A program made the position numbers and the translations under genes. A model generated the notes under the pieces. That model saw only the letters and a list, made by a program, of their open reading frames with translations. It was not told the DNA's origin and did no database searches. A DNA stretch of 64,000 nt from SAR324 cluster bacterium REDSEA-S27_B3 (GTDB taxonomy: Bacteria > SAR324 > NAC60-12): NCBI GenBank assembly GCA_001627865.1, contig LUQO01000065.1:13134-77133 (forward strand). The letters run 5' to 3'. Of this stretch, positions 59,911-64,000 are shown piece by piece (within the stretch, counting starts at the first letter, position 1; each line of letters opens with the position of its first letter).

Positions 59911-62417
59911 TGCTTCGTCATTTTTACGACAAGGTAATTCTCACCTATCCCAAAATTATTTTACTTCTATTGCTGCTGTGCATTGCGGCGCTTGGTTACC
60001 AGGCACGTTATCTGGAGATTGATGCTTCTGCGGAAACTCTTTTACTTGAAGACGATAAAGATCTGGCCTTTACGCGAAAAGTCAATCAACGCTATGGTAA
60101 CCAGGATTTTCTTGTTTTAACTTTCACTCCAAATGCAGACCTGCTTGCCGATTCAACTCTGAAAACATTAAAGCAATTAAGCGCAGAGCTTCAGACGCTG
60201 GCAAGAGTTGAAACAGTTGTTTCTATCTTAAACGTTCCGCTTTTGGAAAGTCCTCCCAAGCCGGTTAAAGAACTACTTGAGAATGTTCCTACCCTGGAAT
60301 CGCCCGGAATAAACAAAGAGCTGGCCAAACTGGAATTCCTGAACAGTCCAATTTACAGCGACAACCTTGTCAGTCCGGATTTCAAAACCACCGCACTGCT
60401 GATCAATCTGCATGATGATCCACTTTACAGGGAATTGCTACAGCAGAGGAATACACTGCGTGCTAAAGAAAAAACAGGCACATTGAGCGGGAATGAACAA
60501 AAAGATCTGGAAGAGGTACTGATTGAATTTAAAAAACACCGCGACAAAATGCGCATTGTTGAACACAACAATATCTCACAGGTCCGGGCAATTGCTGAGA
60601 AATACCGTGATGATGCAAAGATTTTCCTTGGTGGTGCAAGCATGGTCGCTGATGACCTGATCACATTTATCAGGAGCGATTTACAGGTTTTCGGCAGTGC
60701 GGTACTGGTATTTTTGATTGCCACACTCTGGACCATTTTCAGGCAGCTTCGCTGGATTTTGCTTCCGGTTATCACCTGCTCTTTTTCAGTGCTGACCACA
60801 AGCGGGTTTTTAGGTCTTTTCGGCTGGGAAGTTACAGTGATCTCTTCAAATTTCATTTCCATCCAGCTGATCATCACAATGGCCATTACCATCCATCTGA
60901 TAGTACGCTACCGCGAACTGGCAAGACTGAATCCGCAGATTGATCAGCGTCAGCTTATTCTGGATTCCACGATGTTTATGGCCCGGCCATGTACCTTTGC
61001 CGTGCTGACAACTGTTGTTGGTTTCGCCTCATTGGTTTTGAGCGGCATTTTACCCGTAATGAACTTCGGCTGGATGATGAGTGCAGGAATCGGAGTTTCA
61101 CTGTTTCTCACATTTCTGATTTTTCCGGTACTGCTGATGCAGATGCCGAAAATAATGCCGAACACGTCCTTTGAATCACGCTTTGCCCTGACTAAAATTT
61201 TTGCTGATATTACTGAACGTCATGGCAGGACCATACTTATAATCAGTGTTGTGGCCTTGATATTGAGTATTATCGGAGCATCAAAACTGAATGTGGAAAA
61301 CAGCTTCATTGATTATTTCAAGGAAAATACAGAAATATACCAGGGCATGAAAGTTATTGATCAGCAGCTTGGCGGAACAACACCGCTTGATTTGATCGTT
61401 CAGCTGGAAAAGAGTGAAGATGAAACACAGCAGGAAATTGAGCAAAGCACTGATGAGGAGGAACTGGATGATGAAGAAGAATTTGATTCCTTTGAAGAAG
61501 AATTTGAGGAAACCGCAGGGGAAGCACAATACTGGTTCACTGCAGAAAAAATGGAGCAAATTGAGAAAATACATGATTACCTTGATGGCCTGGAACAGAC
61601 AGGTAAGGTAGTATCGCTGGGCACAATGCTCAAAGTCGGGAAAACACTCAATTCCGGAAAACCACTGGACAATTTCCTGCTTGCCCTGATCTATAATGAG
61701 CTTCCGGAACAGTTCCGGAAAATTATCCTTGATCCTTATGTTTCAGTTGAACACAACGAGGCCAGGTTTTATGTACGGATCAGGGATTCGGAACCAAACC
61801 TGCGCCGTAATGAACTGCTGCAGCAAATAGACAATGATTTAACTACGAAGCTGGATATTCCGGAGGACAAAGGGCGCATGGCAAGTCTGCTTGTACTTTA
61901 CAACAATATGCTGCAGAGCCTTTTCCGTTCGCAGATATTGACATTGGGAGTGGTAATTCTGTCATTTTTAATTATGTTCATGTTCCTGTTCCGTTCAATA
62001 ATTATTGCGCTAATTGCCATTTTTCCCAATGTGCTTTCAATCGGAGTTGTGCTTGGTTTTATGGGCTGGATGGGAATTCCGCTGGACATGATGACAATCA
62101 CAATCGCGGCAATAAGTGTGGGTATTGCTGTTGACAACACAATTCATTACATACATCGCTTCAGGCATGAATTTTCAACAGACAACAACTATCTGGCCGC
62201 AATGCACCGCTCTCATGAAAGCATTGGCTACGCCATGTATTATACTTCAATCACAATCATCATAGGTTTTTCCATTCTTGTGCTCTCAAAATTCATTCCC
62301 AGCATTTACTTCGGTTTACTCACTGGACTTGCGATGCTGATCGCCCTGCTTGCTGCCCTGACCCTTTTGCCTCAACTGCTTATTGTCATCAAACCTCTTG
62401 GTGCAGAAAAGCAGTAA
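59907..62417 (+). CDS. RND-superfamily (MMPL/HpnN-like, COG1033-type) exporter
   Basis: 836 aa with two 6-TM bundles, each preceded by a periplasmic domain. Contains an acidic insert (DEEELDDEEEFDSFEEEFEE). 4-nt overlap with mlaC. Confidence 0.85.
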   Translation: MMLRHFYDKVILTYPKIILLLLLLCIAALGYQARYLEIDASAETLLLEDDKDLAFTRKVNQRYGNQDFLVLTFTPNADLLADSTLKTLKQLSAELQTLARVETVVSILNVPLLESPPKPVKELLENVPTLESPGINKELAKLEFLNSPIYSDNLVSPDFKTTALLINLHDDPLYRELLQQRNTLRAKEKTGTLSGNEQKDLEEVLIEFKKHRDKMRIVEHNNISQVRAIAEKYRDDAKIFLGGASMVADDLITFIRSDLQVFGSAVLVFLIATLWTIFRQLRWILLPVITCSFSVLTTSGFLGLFGWEVTVISSNFISIQLIITMAITIHLIVRYRELARLNPQIDQRQLILDSTMFMARPCTFAVLTTVVGFASLVLSGILPVMNFGWMMSAGIGVSLFLTFLIFPVLLMQMPKIMPNTSFESRFALTKIFADITERHGRTILIISVVALILSIIGASKLNVENSFIDYFKENTEIYQGMKVIDQQLGGTTPLDLIVQLEKSEDETQQEIEQSTDEEELDDEEEFDSFEEEFEETAGEAQYWFTAEKMEQIEKIHDYLDGLEQTGKVVSLGTMLKVGKTLNSGKPLDNFLLALIYNELPEQFRKIILDPYVSVEHNEARFYVRIRDSEPNLRRNELLQQIDNDLTTKLDIPEDKGRMASLLVLYNNMLQSLFRSQILTLGVVILSFLIMFMFLFRSIIIALIAIFPNVLSIGVVLGFMGWMGIPLDMMTITIAAISVGIAVDNTIHYIHRFRHEFSTDNNYLAAMHRSHESIGYAMYYTSITIIIGFSILVLSKFIPSIYFGLLTGLAMLIALLAALTLLPQLLIVIKPLGAEKQ

Positions 62418-62541
62418 ATCGGTGGTCATGATCCGGAATATTGTCCCAGTATTATTTTGCTGTTCAATTGCAGACAGAATTTTCAATGAATTCATACCTT
62501 TGTGGAACTAATCCAGTTCCAACCTCACAGAATATAATATC

Positions 62542-63480
62542 ATGTTCGGTTCGGTCATTGATGTAATAATTCCCATCTTCGGCCTGCTGATGATTGGATA
62601 TGTAACTGCCATGCTGGGATGGTTTGATCAGACTGCAATACGGGGACTGACACGCTTCGTGTTTGATTTCGCCGTGCCGATGCTTTTGCTGCGTACTCTT
62701 TCAACCATAAATCTTCCTGAGGATATTCCATGGGATTATCTGGCTTCCTATTATTTAGGAACATTGACTGTTTTATTTTCAGGACTGGTAATAACCCGAA
62801 TATTGTATAACTGGACTTTTTCCCAGCAGGTGGTTTCCGCGTTTTCATGCAGTTTTGCAAACACGGTTTTGCTGGGTATTCCACTGGTAATGCTGGCCTA
62901 TGGAGATCAGGCCGCATTGCCTTTGTTCATCATCATCGGTACGCATGGATTTATTATGCTTCCGCTTTTCACAATCTTGATGGAACTGGGTAAAATTGGG
63001 AGAGCGCCGATATCAACACTGGCAGCTAAAACTTCTTATGGATTAATCACCAATCCCCTGATTATTGGCTTACTGGGAGGGTTAGGATGCAATATCTTTG
63101 GAATAACTTTGTGGAAGCCTCTTGATGAAATGGCAAAACTGCTGGGCAACGCGGTAACTCCAGGCGCTTTGTTTGCGCTTGGTGCCACATTGGCAGGTTT
63201 CAGGGAAAAAATGCAGTGGAAGGAAGTTCCTTTTATAGTGCTGATGAAGATTGTGGTGCATCCTCTGTTGGTCTGGTGTCTGGCAACAATTGTATTTGGT
63301 GTTCAGATTGAGTTATGGATTCAGGTGCTCGTGATCCTTGCGGCGTTGCCTACAGGTGTTAATCCTTTCCTTTTTGCAAACCGCTATAATTCAGGACAGC
63401 TGTTGTCAAGTGGTGCAGTCTTTATTTCCACTTTTATTTCTATTTTCACACTCTCAGCTCTGCTTTCAGTTTTCAGATAA
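62542..63480 (+). CDS. AEC-family (auxin efflux carrier / MdcF-like) transporter
   Basis: 312 aa with about 10 TM segments. The N-terminus IIPIFGLLMIGY is typical of the family. Confidence 0.8.
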   Translation: MFGSVIDVIIPIFGLLMIGYVTAMLGWFDQTAIRGLTRFVFDFAVPMLLLRTLSTINLPEDIPWDYLASYYLGTLTVLFSGLVITRILYNWTFSQQVVSAFSCSFANTVLLGIPLVMLAYGDQAALPLFIIIGTHGFIMLPLFTILMELGKIGRAPISTLAAKTSYGLITNPLIIGLLGGLGCNIFGITLWKPLDEMAKLLGNAVTPGALFALGATLAGFREKMQWKEVPFIVLMKIVVHPLLVWCLATIVFGVQIELWIQVLVILAALPTGVNPFLFANRYNSGQLLSSGAVFISTFISIFTLSALLSVFR

Positions 63481-63617
63481 GCTGAAACTGCTCACGCTCA
63501 GTCAATTCCCGTCACAATTTATTGTCAATAAATGTTGACAATAATTGAAATTTAAGAGATAAATTATAGTTTTTCAAACTGGTTTTATTTGTTTAACACT
63601 TATGTGTTGAGTAAAAG

Positions 63618-64000
63618 ATGCAAAGGTATTTTTTCTTTTTCCTGATTTCCAGCATTGCCCTTGCCGCCAATTCTTGTGGCAAAGATGAAGATGAGCCTTT
63701 CTTCGACGTGGATGATACAGCACCTGTAATTGCAGAAGTCACGGCAGTTACAACCCCAACCAACGACAACACTCCAAACTACACATTTTCATCAACTGAG
63801 GCGGGAGCAATTGCATATGGTGGCTCCTGTTCTTCAAGCACCATGTCTGCTGAAAAAGGAAATAATACAATTACTTTATACTCTTTAAGTGATGGTACAT
63901 ATTCTGACTGTACAATTAAAGTTACCGATACCGCAGGGAATGAAAGTAATACACTTACAATGTCAACTTTTTATGTGGACTCAACAGCATCCACACTGGT
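63618..64000 (+). CDS. putative surface lipoprotein with Ig-like domain(s) (partial, runs off the window)
   Basis: Not in the ORF track because it is open at the window end. MQRYFFFFLISSIALAANSCGKDEDE is a signal with a lipobox-like Cys. DDTAPVI...TPTNDNTPNYTFSSTEAG...TDTAGNES then resembles bacterial Ig-like adhesin repeats. Confidence 0.6.
   Translation, partial: MQRYFFFFLISSIALAANSCGKDEDEPFFDVDDTAPVIAEVTAVTTPTNDNTPNYTFSSTEAGAIAYGGSCSSSTMSAEKGNNTITLYSLSDGTYSDCTIKVTDTAGNESNTLTMSTFYVDSTASTL

Noticed and set aside
1-64000. Search by eye for CRISPR arrays, tRNA/rRNA/tmRNA, IS elements, integrases, reverse transcriptases and known multi-gene defence systems
   Set aside because: No regularly spaced direct repeats, no T-loop/acceptor-like tRNA signatures and no transposase, integrase or RT-like ORFs were seen. 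A covariance-model scan (tRNAscan, Rfam) would be needed to exclude small RNAs.

Overview
A single bacterial chromosomal window, about 40-45% G+C by spot counts. The envelope genes (MlaA/MlaC, SohB, periplasmic binding proteins) indicate a Gram-negative organism; I cannot assign a taxon from sequence alone. By eye I found no rRNA, tRNA, CRISPR array, IS element, integrase or prophage genes. Gene content in order: menC'-menA-menB (minus strand); rplU-rpmA-trpS; purB; a secreted hypothetical; a toxin-first PIN/Phd toxin-antitoxin (TA) pair; a MOSC protein; two hypotheticals, one with 28-aa tandem repeats; the PDH operon aceE-aceF-lpdA, where E3 carries its own lipoyl domain; rho-rpmE-prfA; fadH; a G+C-rich 959-aa ACP/fatty-acyl-AMP ligase/acyltransferase fusion; and a proline-racemase-family enzyme. 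Next comes a large amino-sugar locus: nagB-nagA diverge from a cytoplasmic GH20 hexosaminidase and a 4-gene ABC importer, followed by a HutC-type GntR regulator, a TIM-barrel/Gfo-Idh-MocA/TIM-barrel trio and murQ. It is followed by a PrpD/acyl-CoA dehydrogenase/CoA-transferase/MaoC-hydratase module. A small TA islet (MNT/HEPN plus an orphan BrnA with a brnT remnant) then splits an alpha-glucoside locus (MalK-like ATPase, LacI regulator, SBP, two permeases, GH13 alpha-glucosidase). The remainder holds a malyl-CoA-lyase-like gene, sohB, an MFS transporter, a MORN-repeat protein, an mlaA-mlaC-RND operon, an AEC transporter and a partial lipoprotein. Most worth a second look: (i) the oxidoreductase plus two TIM-barrel trio in an amino-sugar/murein locus with no kinase; (ii) the compositionally foreign ACP-FAAL-LPLAT fusion; (iii) the MlaA-MlaC-RND operon with no MlaFEDB genes; (iv) a duplicated 107-bp bidirectional promoter/operator module; (v) a perfect SOS-box-like palindrome in front of the PIN toxin. 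All functional calls rest on motif and family recognition by eye, with no database searches.
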